63,867 nucleotides of DNA, filler included, from Collodictyon triciliatum (GCA_043381765.1; 37 parts of 37 records of this genome joined end to end with filler, not necessarily neighbours in it); one strand, 5' to 3'. Positions 11,026 through 23,376 are shown, numbered from the whole stretch's first letter. Numbers and translations are program-made. The notes: generated by a model not told the origin, from the sequence alone.

Positions 11026-12153
11026 AAATAGTCGAAAATTTTGTATTGACTGTATATATTTTTTTGTTTTAATGAAACCCCCTCTAATATCGTTGAAATT
11101 AACTCATGATTGATTTTATCCAACTTGGCTATTTTTAATTCATACATTATTCAACATCATCTACGCCTTATGAAAGGTAAACGTAAAAATTAACTAAGAT
11201 AGCAAATAATCAGAATCTAACGTTTATTTGGAATCATAAAAATACCTGTAGAGGTTTTCCCAAATATGTGTCATACCTGAATCTGGTTGATTAAAGTATT
11301 ATTTTGATATCCAAGGAGTCAAGTTGAACGGACGACGGTCTTCAGACTATTAGAATGGATAATTCATTATTTATGTTTCCAAAATTTTTAGTAATACTGT
11401 AGTTGCTAATTAAAAAATAAAGGTACATTTCTTCGGAGTCTGCAAAAATAATTTACAATATTCTTGCTGGTTCCGCTAATGCCTATGCTGAAGAAGTTAT
11501 GCTGATTTGCCGGCTGCTATATGTTATCCGTTGAATATTAGACATATATAAGTCAAGGGTATTGGATTTGGAGTCGAATAAAATGAACGAATTTAAGGAA
11601 TCTGATCGGAAAGGAGAGCAGGGTAGTCGCGTGGACTTTCGCTCCAGGGAGAATTTGGCCTCCGATCAAATTGAAGTCAGAGTCCTTGGTAGTCGCACCT
11701 CTTGAAGGTTGCAACTTTTCTCGACCCTGTCGGTTGCATATTGATGAGCCACAAATCCAGATTCCATACGCTGCTGGCCTGAACCCCTTAACCGACACGT
11801 GTCACTGCTTTCAACGAAGATGCAACAACTACGGCGTCCTGTAAAATTTTTAAAACCCCCATCATTCACTTGTATCGAATAAAGGAAAATATGTATAAAA
11901 GAGGGATTTATTTTTTCCACCAACAGGCGAATCCCATGATAAAGGCCGAGTTGAGAAGAGAAAAGCAAACAGATCAAAAACCAACCTGAAAGATAATCCA
12001 ATATCTAAGAGACGTTCTTAAAGTCTACGTTTGAAGGATCTCCATCGAAGTGANNNNNNNNNNNNNNNNNNNNNNNNNNNNNNNNNNNNNNNNNNNNTTA
12101 ATTAATTAANNNNNNNNNNNNNNNNNNNNNNNNNNNNNNNNNNNNNNNNNNNN

Positions 12154-12249
<96 letters not shown>

Positions 12250-12536
12250 CATCATTTTTTTCATCAGTAAAATAATTCTTTTGTTTATATTTATCCCTTT
12301 ATATATTTACTTTTTTTTTGTCGACTCAACCACTAATTTTTCATCTTTTTTATTTTATTGATACTTGTCGTACATTTCTTTTATCAGCTTTCTCCTGCAC
12401 CTATATGGCACCGCCTGTTACATATTTTTGTGCCATTTCTTCTTGTTCATTTTCATTTTCATTTTATTATAAACAGAGTTGTGCATTATTTTGTAACATT
12501 GTAGAGCCTATGTCATACTTTTAATATATATTTCAG

Positions 12537-13637
12537 TTACATCCTTTGGGTTCAGCGAGCATTTGGGGACTCCATGGGCTTCTTGAACGGACTTGCCTCA
12601 TTGTTCTGTAATATTGTCGAGAATTCATTGTACCCAACTCTATTCATCGAGTATATATCTTTTATGATTGACGAGGAAACAATGACCCCCGGTTTCAAAT
12701 TGTTACTGCAGGTTTCTGTCCCTCAAAAAAAGAAAATTAATGATATGATGTATTCTTTCTAAAAAAATTTTGGGTAATAATATCATATTATTCTATGCTG
12801 AATACTCACATATCACAAGATAACTTTTGTAACAATTTCTATCGCAATCTTACACCAGATCATTGCCATCCTTTTGGTATTCAGCATTAATATCTTGGGC
12901 CTGGACATCGTGGGAATAGTATCTGTTGTTTTCTCTGTTCTAATTTTATTACCATTCATAATAATGTTCTTTGTATCTCTTCCTAAGGTGGATCCCATCG
13001 ACTGGTTTGATGTGAGTTCAACAATTATCAATGCGAAAATATGCATATCTATTACAATAAGGAACGTAATTTCAAGCTTGTATTTCTTTATGTATATACG
13101 CGTATATTCTCGCCTCTCATGTAACGGAGGCCCAAATATTGAGATAAATACAGGCACATCAACACATGTTTTTTTTTTTGAAGAATTGTGTTTTATGAAT
13201 AGACAATCGATTCGCCAGATTGGTCTTCCTTTTACCCAATTGTGCTTTGGAATTTGAGTGGTTGGGACAACCTTGGTTGTGTGGCTGGAGAAGTCAGCGA
13301 GCCTCATAAGAATTACCCCAAGGTAATTCACATGTAACACAAGAATTAATTAATAACACACATGCATATTCTTTGGAAGGTGCACTGGTTAAATATTTTA
13401 TGAAACGATTGAATAGTTCTCTCCATTTGATTTTTTTTCCTTTATTCGATTCAAAGTTCTCTCCATTTGATTTAATTCTTTTTTCTTGACAAAAGAAATG
13501 AACTAAATCCTTAGGGAATGAGTATTACACTTTTTATGGTGGTTGGGAGCTATCTCGTACCCCTTATAGCTGGTATTGCATTAAGTGAAGCTGATTATGA
13601 GAGCTGGACAGATGGATATTTTGCTGAGCTGGCCGCG
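12537..13637 (+). CDS. APC-superfamily amino acid/polyamine permease (LAT/PUT-like), internal exons
   Basis: Exons give YILWVQRAFGDSMGFLNG...YPTLF, INILGLDIVG, LWNLSGWDNLGCVAGEVSEPHKNYPK and YLVPLIAG...WTDGYFAE. Confidence 0.88.
13434..13454 (-). mobile_element. 21-nt family-B LINE 3'-terminus micro-insertion in an intron, with a perfect 19-bp TSD
   Basis: AGTTCTCTCCATTTGATTT at 13415-13433 and 13455-13473 flanks the reverse complement of TTGAATCGAATAAAGGAAAAA. Confidence 0.9.
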
Positions 13638-14046
13638 GTATTTTATTTCTTAACCATGCATTCTCCTCCATTATGCAGAGTCGAAATGAAAATGAAAATG
13701 AAAATGAAAATGAAAATGAAAATGAAAATGAAAATGAAAATGAAAATGAAAATGAAAATGAAAATGAAAATGAAAATGAAAATGAAANNNNNNNNNNNNN
13801 NNNNNNNNNNNNNNNNNNNNNNNNNNNNNNNTTAATTAATTAANNNNNNNNNNNNNNNNNNNNNNNNNNNNNNNNNNNNNNNNNNNNTTCTTTTCTTTCT
13901 CTTTTCTTTCTCTTTTCTTTTCTTTTCTTTTCTTTTCTTTTCTTTTCTTTTCTTTTCTTTTCTTTTCTTTTCTTTTCTTTTCTTTTTGTCCGATTTTGGC
14001 CTCAATACCACAAACACGTGTGATCTGAAACTTACTCTCAATTTAG

Positions 14047-15190
14047 CTCGCCATTCCTGTGAGTTTGCTGGGACTTTTGAATCACTTTATTTTCCTGTGG
14101 AAGGAAGAGCCGTATCTTTCGTACGCCCCCGTCGTTGCTCACCCTGTACTTGTGTTGATTGCCAGCAAGGTAAATAATATAATCCATTATTTTACTCATT
14201 CTTCCATGGAGATGTGTCGCGCTTGAATATCTTCATTATTTTAAGCAAATATGTTTTATCATCTTTCTTTACCGTCTGCCAGCTTTACAGAATGCTTGCT
14301 GACCGACTGAATGAATATGGTGAGGAGGCTAATAAATAAAAAAAAAAATTCCAAAACACTAAATCGTCCGTCTTTTTTTTCGCTCAAATATCTTAATGCA
14401 TGCGCAGAAAACCACGAAACGGATTCATCTTTCCAAAACCATTTGGTTCTGAAGCTCCTTTTATTTGAACTTCCCAATCGGTATTGACGAGAATATCATC
14501 ATCCATTATATACTCGCCACGATACTGTTTTTTTCTGAGACCTCCCGTGTTCGCTTACAATTCTTTCAAAATCAGATTTATCAGTCTCTTCTACACTGCC
14601 TTTTACATCGGTGACCTTGAGTTACTCCAAAGTGAACTTAGTAAGAATTTTTCACATTTAATTACAAGTCTTTAAACTAACCATTTTATTTAATGTTAGT
14701 TGCTTTCTTTGTTGTCGAGCAGTTGACGAATAATGTCCAAGAATATTTAGTTCCGTAAGTATCACATAATAAATTACAACAAATGTATCTATCATGAATA
14801 TCTTCGAGGTCAGGCTTGCAAATGCGTAACTCACTAAAATGATATGCATGTAGTTTCTTTTTGATTCAATTCAACAAATGGAGAAAGAAGCGCGAGAATT
14901 CTGCTAAATCCTCTGCCGATTCATCGAAGGCAACAGAGAACACTGAGATTCGTTTCAATCCCAAAGACTTTCGGGACATTTCACTTGGTGATGTTTCACC
15001 CCAATTCATGGAAAAGGTTAATACTATATTAATTCCTAATTGATTTTTTTTAATACTGTCTGCATCGAATATTTTAATTAATAAAAGGGAAACTTTTCTG
15101 TAACACTGTATTTTAAACTGGGGCAAAAGATTGAAAAGGAGCTTGGTGAAACTCCATACTCGACGACATTCGACGATTACTGGGAGATGG
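14047..15190 (+). CDS. Anoctamin/TMEM16 (ANO8/ANO10-like), internal exons
   Basis: Spliced LYRMLADRLNEYENHETDSSFQNHLVLKLLLFE...FISLFYTAFYIGDLELLQSEL and ELGETPYSTTFDDYWEM, which are TMEM16 signatures. Confidence 0.88.
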
Positions 15191-15318
15191 GTAAGTATTA
15201 AGAAATATTTTCGTCACAGATGGCATTTCCTTGCTTTTCTATTTGCTTTTTTTCTCGTTTTTTTTTTCTTTTTTTCGTTTTTTTCGTTTTTTATTTTTTC
15301 TTCCTATTGAGAACATTA

Positions 15319-15524
15319 CAGGATTCGAATGCAGTGTCAACTCCTGCAGCCCCGTGAGCGCAGAAATCTCATTAGGCAGGGATGTGAGGTGATTCCTCTC
15401 CAGACAAAGGCGTGTCAGCAAGGACAGCCGGGATATTTCTGTCGGGAGAGAGGAGAAGCGGTTTCCAGTGGCCTCGAGCTTAACCAAGCCGTGCAGCTCG
15501 CAGATGCCAACGGGGAAGAAGCCC
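15319..15524 (-). CDS. Leucine-rich-repeat protein fragment, antisense to the anoctamin gene
   Basis: LVKLEATGNRFSSLPTEISRLSLLTRLCLERNHLTSLPNEISALTGLQELTLHSNP shows a 23-aa LRR period. Confidence 0.85.
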
Positions 15525-15624
15525 NNNNNNNNNNNNNNNNNNNNNNNNNNNNNNNNNNNNNNNNNNNNTTAATTAATTAANNNNNNNNNNNNNNNNNNNN
15601 NNNNNNNNNNNNNNNNNNNNNNNN

Positions 15625-15719
<95 letters not shown>

Positions 15720-15961
15720 ATTTTTTATGGCTATTCCAATAGAATAATAAGCATACAAAAATAATTTCAATGGCTAGGAAGAATAAAAATAAATAGAAAA
15801 AAACTGTATACGCACAAGGTTATAAAAATATGTAACTGAAGAGGGATAAACGGATAGTTGGTTTTATTTGCTTGATGTTGTGCGCCTAATAACGCAAGAT
15901 GGGTTCATTCGAGACTATTAACCATTTTCATCGACTCCATCAAACATATTCTGCTGAATGT

Positions 15962-16874
15962 TCACATCTCTTTCGCCTCTCGCGACACAGCGGCGCCATC
16001 CACCTGGAGAAATCACTTTAGTTTACACTAGATATGCGAAGATAAGATTAAATACCTCCTCATATAGTTCCAAAGCACGGATGTATCCATAATCTCCAAA
16101 TCCTGCGTTGTTCCAGCAAGGTAGGCATGATATACCACGAGGCGCCCTCTTGATGTTGACATGTCCATCAATCCCTTTTATGTACAGCTCCTTCAGGTTT
16201 GTCATTGCTGTGGTATGTAATGGAAGTTCTTCTATCTATATATACATACATAAATTCCTTCCCACGTGGTCTCTTTCGATATTTCGACGAGATGAAAAAA
16301 GAAAAGATGAGGAAATAATTACCGGATTTTCATAAATGTGAAGCTGCGTGAGACCCGTCAAGCTGGATACCCCCAGAGGCAACTGGGATATCTGGTTACC
16401 ATGAACGTGTATCTCGACGAGACTTGTTACCCGCAACATTTCAGGAGGAAAAAAAGAGAACTGATTACTATAAATATAAATCACTTTTAGACTTTTTAAA
16501 TGCGATATTTCTGACGGCAGCCACGACAGCCGATTCTCTGCAACATCGAGGAGCGTGAGGCTGGTTAAACACGATATTACTGGTGGAAGCGACGACAGTT
16601 GGTTGAAATAGAGAGTCAGCCCGATCAAACGAGACAACAGAAAGACCCCGCTAGGCACGGCTGTCAAATAGTTGTCGGAGAGGTTTAGTCTCTGGCATTT
16701 ACGAAGAGAGGCGATGTCGCGGTCTTGAGTAATTTTTCGCAACTCCTCCAAATCCTCAGCTTGGTTGGACGGCACGTTTCCCATGATGCGGATATTCTTT
16801 GACAGGGTTTGGGATTGTTTAGTGAGGCTTAAGACTTGCGCGGCGGTTCTTCTGGTGGCATTTGATGCCTCCAT
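15962..16874 (-). CDS. Small LRR protein, about 3 exons (16874 or 16784 to 16323; 16235-16056; 16003-15962)
   Basis: About 6 LxxLxLxxNxLxxLP repeats with frame-preserving GT..AG introns. The alternative start at 16784 gives MGNVPS. Confidence 0.85.
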
Positions 16875-17137
16875 TCACTGACATGTCTTCGTTTGGGTGG
16901 AGGATGCGTTGTGTTGGGGTAAATGGAGGATTGTGAATTTTTTTCTATTATTATCAGCGCGTATCGCCAAAAGAGAATATTCGTTGAAATAATCATATTG
17001 TGGAATAAGATATTCAAAAAGGCTTATTCTATTATATAGTGATTCGATATCAGTATTCTTAAGTAATAATACGCAGAATATAGCACATAAATATAGAAAT
17101 AATGTTATCATAGTTTCCGCAGTTAAAATATAAGTGT

Positions 17138-17256
17138 TTGAGCATTTTGTGCAATGTCCCTTCGCTCAAAACCTGCGCGAAACAGCCGGTGAGATTCTTC
17201 GACTGACACTCAAGACGGCTGCAGCTGTTGGCCCAATCCAGGCGATATTTTTGCCT
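17138..17256 (+). mobile_element. Family-A LINE fragment starting at the zinc knuckle (cut by the contig end)
   Basis: EHFVQCPFAQNLRETAGEILRLTLKTAAAVGPIQAIF, near-identical to 7101-7215. Confidence 0.88.
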
Positions 17257-17356
17257 NNNNNNNNNNNNNNNNNNNNNNNNNNNNNNNNNNNNNNNNNNNN
17301 TTAATTAATTAANNNNNNNNNNNNNNNNNNNNNNNNNNNNNNNNNNNNNNNNNNNN

Positions 17357-17460
17357 AGACTGAATATAAAAAAAGACTGAATATAAAAAAAGACTGAATA
17401 TAAAAAAAGACTGAATATAAAAAAAGACTGAATATAAAAAAAGACTGAATATAAAAAGAC
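17357..17460. repeat. Tandem ~17-bp repeat (GACTGAATAT-A6-8)n
   Basis: Directly visible. Confidence 0.9.
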
Positions 17461-17609
17461 CTTATCGAATTTAAATAATGAAATATTTGGAATCAGCAAT
17501 TATGATGTTATTCAAAGTGGAGAGAGTCTAGATGAGCTTGGTACAACTATTTTCTTCCGCATAAGTCTCTTAAATTTGAAATCGTAAACAATCATGTATT
17601 TGTGCATAG

Positions 17610-18858
17610 TATGTCGATTTATTGGGGTCATCATATTCGGAAACAATCAGACCTCCACCTGTGACACAACGTCATGTAGAGCGATTTTATAAAAGGAGAA
17701 AACTTGGGCTCAGCTCCATCCCACCAGAGAAATTAGAAGAAGTTTTGAATTCGGGACAGGTTACAGAGGACTCTGAACAAGCCAGTATTCTGTTAAAATC
17801 AGGCAATTCTATTAAATTGTTAAATCAGATTAATGCCCTGTAAAGCCTCATTCGATTGAATTATAGTTTGATAGAATATATAAAGTCAAGCTTGAATACT
17901 GAACTGACGCCATAATGTAATCATCAACATCGAAGACAACACATTGTTCCATGAATACTTCGAGGATGGACGGGCTGAGGATTTAGAGGTCAAAATCGAA
18001 GAGCAAACTGTTGATTTCGGGTCATGTTATCGCAACCGAATGATAGAACCTAAATTGGTCCACGTAACAAATCATACAAACGGGAAAGTGACTTGTAACT
18101 GGGTGGTTCCACAAGAGAATCCATTAGAGTGAGATTTTAGTAAAATAACAATAAAAACAAAAAAAAAAGGCGTTTCATTTAATTTCTTTCTCCAATGTGT
18201 ATCATATTCTCTAAAATCCACCCATGGCAAATCGTGGTACTTATATGCCATCCATATACAGCTCTGCACATCCCGTATTTGAAGTAATGCCCCAAGTGGC
18301 CGATATCAAACCAAACTCAACGATGAGTTTTCAGGTGTACTTCAAGCCCAGCCATGACAATCATTCTTATGGGCGATTGTTAGATTGTGTTGTCTTTTAC
18401 AAGACAATGCGAAACTTTAGGCTAGTGACGGACGATTTGGTAACACCCCCGTGGTGCCTCACCGTTCCGGCACTTGGGTGTGTTCCAAATACGATTTTGT
18501 TTTGTACTTTCTCACATTATTCTGATTTTGATTGATTTTAAATTGACTTTGATTTCGCATTCATTCTCACGGTTTCAACTTTAATTATTGCACTAGTTCC
18601 ACCTCGCTGTTTGAAGCCACCTTTATCCCAGACACTCATCTAGAGCCCAAGAAGTTGATATTCCCTGCGTGTCTTGTATCTTCTGCTGTATATAATACAG
18701 TAGTTCTCACCAACACAGGAGACACGCCCGTCAAATTTCAATTTCCGCAAGACCAGCAAAATGTATTCTCTTTTCAACCAGCGGTTGGGGTCGTAGCTTC
18801 GAACTCAAATCAAATTGTTGTATGCAAATTTTCTCCCAGTAGCGCGAAGAGATATAAG
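17610..18858 (+). CDS. CFAP65: Cilia- and flagella-associated protein 65 (CCDC108)-like, internal exons (ASH/Ig-like domains)
   Basis: VDFGSC...VTNHTNGKVTCNW; FEVMP..ADI.P.S.MSFQVYFKP...YKTMRNFRLVTDDLVTPPWCLTVPALG; FPACLV...YNTVVLTNTGDTP. Recognised from recalled CFAP65 motifs. Confidence 0.8.
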
Positions 18859-19087
18859 GTTCATTTTCATGTTCATTTTCATTTTCATTTTCATTTTCAT
18901 TATCATTATCATTATCATTATCATTATCATTATCATTATCATTATCATTATCATTATCATTATCATTATCATTATCATTATCATTATNNNNNNNNNNNNN
19001 NNNNNNNNNNNNNNNNNNNNNNNNNNNNNNNTTAATTAATTAANNNNNNNNNNNNNNNNNNNNNNNNNNNNNNNNNNNNNNNNNNNN

Positions 19088-19192
<105 letters not shown>

Positions 19193-19209
19193 AAATCGAC
19201 ATAGTAATA

Positions 19210-20717
19210 TGTAAACATCTAAAGTCGATTGTAAAGAATGCGGATGGCTATGACAAAATCAGCGATACGGTTTTATTGTGCCATAATTTGGTTACCGACA
19301 CTTATCTGTTTGCAAGATGTTACATATTGAAATCACAACAACTCCCAACAATCGATGAAATGTTTTTTTTTGTATGCCTTAAAGACAGTCGGAATAGTTT
19401 CATAAGATAGACCCACAAGTTTAAAACATCCAGATATGAGTTAAGATATGATGAATTTTTATCTCAATGATTTTCGATTCCTTTTGTCCCGACAAGAACG
19501 CTTTCTGTTGGTTGGACTGTCTCGTGTATTACCGCGCTTGGCGAAGCTAATGCTAACAGCTTATCATAATAACATTAAGGAGCATTTTGTAAAGAGGCTA
19601 CTGCGCTTTATAAATCAAACAGTTCCTAAATATGAGAATATGACAGAAGCTACTAAAAAGGCAGAGTTACGAAAGTTAAAAAAAAGCCATCTTCAAGAAA
19701 CTCGAAATACGGAACAATATAAAAGATGGGCTACAATACATTTGCATCGTATCATTCCCAGCGACATTGTAGATGGTGTCGAATATGACGTCAAAGTCAA
19801 TCCAAACAAGTACGCACCATGTCTGATTTACATGAATCGCATTTTTGAGGACATTGGAACAAAACTGCTTCAACCAATCTCTACAAGAACTGACAATATA
19901 CCATCTCATACTACTCTAGATATTGCATGTTTGATATATCTATTAGTATCATCTGCAAAAAAATCATTACTGAAGAAGATATCAGGATGCAAAGAGACAC
20001 TATGGGATGAATTCTTTGAAATGAAGTAGAAGGTTTTCATCAAAGAGACTACAATTTGTATATACATTATACAAACACATGGCTTGGCGGTGTCATTATT
20101 GTTTGAAAAGAAAGGTATTTCAAATTCAAATTTCAATTTAATCAAAAAAAAAAACCTAGGAATATGTTTATACAGATGAACTTTTCGAGGAGCAGATATC
20201 TTCATTAGAGAAAACTAAAAATAGTTGGAGTGGACACAGGCAATTTTAATTTGGTTTAGATGGCGGATGAGACAGGTAAGAAATTATGTCACACGGCGCA
20301 CCAAAGAAGACATGATAGCAAATCTCTTAAAAATCACAAAATACTCTTGCGCGAGAAAAAGAAAGAAAAGTGCAATGCCTCAGGGATATACACGGCAACA
20401 GATTTACAAAGTGCTGTATCTTTTGGTGCCAGGACTTTTGAAGAGAATCATCAGTTTGAGACATCAAGAGTATCTTTAATCGATATAGAGACAGAACTGA
20501 GTAAACATAATTCATGCACCGTCGATTATGAAAAATTTCGAAAATATGTATCTATGAAATAAAGATATCAGATAGAATTTTCCAGATTTTATGAACACGT
20601 AACTTTTCGAAAGATGAGATGGAGACAGTATGTTCATACAAAAAGAAGTGAACAGTTGTTTGTGGACCGAATGGAAAAGACATTTGGCAAGGATGTTGTA
20701 CTGACGTATGGAGACTG
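19210..20717 (+). pseudogene. Fanzor1 (TnpB/Cas12-related RNA-guided endonuclease), frameshifted and cut at the contig end
   Basis: Across frames: LKSIV...CHNLVTDTYLFARCYIL...LPTID; AYHNNIKEHF; IQTHGLAVSLLF; RuvC-I KIVGVDTG (Asp codon 20233-20235); ELSKHNSCTVDYEKF; FYEHVTFRKMRWRQYVHTKRSE; FGKDVVLTYGDW. Confidence 0.85.
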
Positions 20718-22547
20718 NNNNNNNNNNNNNNNNNNNNNNNNNNNNNNNNNNNNNNNNNNNNTTAATTAATTAANNNNNNNNNNNNNNNNNNNNNNNNNNN
20801 NNNNNNNNNNNNNNNNNAATCAGATAAATAAATGCATAATAATACGGGGTGTGAATCATGAAATCTATTAGAGATGATATCCAATACTCACACAACACCT
20901 TTTAATATTGCAATCAGTTATTAATGAAATTTTACCGAATATTAGGATGTAGTTCATCTCTTGAGCCCCTATTTTGTACATGGATGGTTATACTTCAAAA
21001 GATAAAATATAATATTTAATTAATAATATAGTTAACTGAAAGACAATTTGCCAAGTTATATTAAATCATAATTTTAATTTCTATCATATATTATCAAAAT
21101 CATCTTGTACAGAAAATTTTTTTGTTTGCTCTTATGATATTCATTCGATGTAGTTGGTCGTACAGGATTTACTTTTATCATTGAACCAATATAAGTTATC
21201 TAATAATGTGAATATTTTTACAGCTATGATTTTTTGATTAAATATATATATAATGTTATACGGAAACATTAAAAGATTCGAATTAATATATATCTATAAA
21301 TATGCACATTATGAGAATGAATAATTAATAGCTTGATTAATTTTTATTGGAATTTCTTGGTATTTATAGTTTTTCATTTAGAGGAATATTAAAATAAATG
21401 TTCAACAAATAAAGCAATTTTCAAAGGATAACACTGGTTCTGGTTATGAATATTTTATGAGATTATAATTTACAATATTCGTCTGATGAAGAATTTATTA
21501 ATACTTGCACTTAAATCAATTATCGTATATCATTTCAATTTTAATGTTATTTCCATACATCTTTCATAAATAATCAATATAACAATATATTAGATATCAA
21601 AATTATATGTCATTGACCACTTCTTAATTTTAAGCATTACATCATACGCTCATCCAATTTTGGATTGCTTAGAAAACGAGGACTTAATGTATGATATATT
21701 TTTTTGATCGATTAATTAAATATATTGGATGTTTTGTGAATTCAGACGCAGTTACAAAGGATAAATGATTAAAAAACCAATTTTTTAATTAATTCTTTAC
21801 TTTATCAAATATTATATACGAAATATGTGAAAAATGTAACCAAATGATTGACACGGTTTTCCTTGATAGCATTTATTGTTCATTATTTAGATGCACACTT
21901 TATTTATTGATACGCATAACATATGACTGTTTTATCATATTGAATCCTTTTAAAATCGTGTGATTTGTATGAATAGTAAAATAATTAATTCCATATTTTA
22001 ATTATAGGTGTGATATATTTTGATTTTAAAGTCCATATAATTGATTGAAATAAAGTCTTCTATGAAATCATCGGCTATTATGGTTATCACAATTTATTGA
22101 TTTATAACTTAGACAAACCAAACCTATTGTTCTCAAAATGAAACATGTATTATGCTATTATTTAAACTTTAACTTGATTTTTACTTTGATTTATTCTCAT
22201 GTCCTATTCAAAATAAGGCTAATTTGCATGATTCCCATACTTTATATTGTGTTCCGTAGGTCGTAAATTGATTTATTTGTTTTACAAACATTATTCATCT
22301 AATAACTGATTAGTGATTTTCCTATAAGTATCAAATCAAAATCTGCTCATAATTGATACAAAAATGACCTTGCTAAAAATATAACCGAAGTCTAATGAAT
22401 TTTATCAATCTTATAAAAAAATTGTGAGTTGATATCGATTTAATTTGNNNNNNNNNNNNNNNNNNNNNNNNNNNNNNNNNNNNNNNNNNNNTTAATTAAT
22501 TAANNNNNNNNNNNNNNNNNNNNNNNNNNNNNNNNNNNNNNNNNNNN

Positions 22548-23000
22548 TTGTGCTTGCGCTTGTGCTTCATCTTCTTACCCTGGCGTGTGTATGTCTGGCA
22601 AGCCAAACCAGAAGCCTTCTTCAACAGTGCAAATACGGCAGGATACTCGTGCGGGTTGAACATGGCGGAGGGAGAAGACGAGGTTACCCGAGAGCTGAAC
22701 GAAATCCTGGCTTTGGCTGAGCAGCAGGAGCCGGAAAAAGAGGAGCAGACTGCTCGAGAGCTGGACAATGCCACGATTATAGCCGAGCAGCCGGAGCAGG
22801 AAAACGAAGATGAGGTTACCCGAGAGCTGAACGAAATCATGGCTCTGGCTGAGCGGCAGGAGCGAGAAGCAGAAGACGAAGTGGAAGCGGCCGCCCAAGC
22901 ATATCTGGATTCGTTCACAAAGCCCCCAACGAGCAGAGACACGGTCCAGGAAAGCGAAGAGCCTCATGGTATTCCCCTAATGACATGTTTTGATGCCTAG
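22548..23000 (+). CDS. Acidic protein fragment with an internal duplication (EDEVTRELNEIxALAExQE twice, 132-nt offset)
   Basis: GC-rich open frame; a ~58-bp direct repeat at about 22674 and 22806. Confidence 0.5.
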   Translation: MCLRLCFIFLPWRVYVWQAKPEAFFNSANTAGYSCGLNMAEGEDEVTRELNEILALAEQQEPEKEEQTARELDNATIIAEQPEQENEDEVTRELNEIMALAERQEREAEDEVEAAAQAYLDSFTKPPTSRDTVQESEEPHGIPLMTCFDA

Positions 23001-23012
23001 TCTCCTCTTTTC

Positions 23013-23081
<69 letters not shown>

Positions 23082-23376
23082 ATAGAAGAAAACAACAAAA
23101 CAACAAAACAACAAAACAACAAAACAACAAAACAACAAAACAACATATTCAACGCGCATGGACGCAATTGAGGCAGTAAAGAGACGAGAATGTATATAAA
23201 CCATATTGTAACAAAAGGCGCACTTTTCCTTGGCTTCCTCTACCTTTTCATTTCATTTCTTTTCATTTCTTTTCATTTGATTTGATTTGATTTGATTTGA
23301 TTTGATTTGATTTGATTTGATTTCTTTTCGTTTCTTTTCTCTTCTACTTTCATTTTCTTTACATATATTCCATTAG

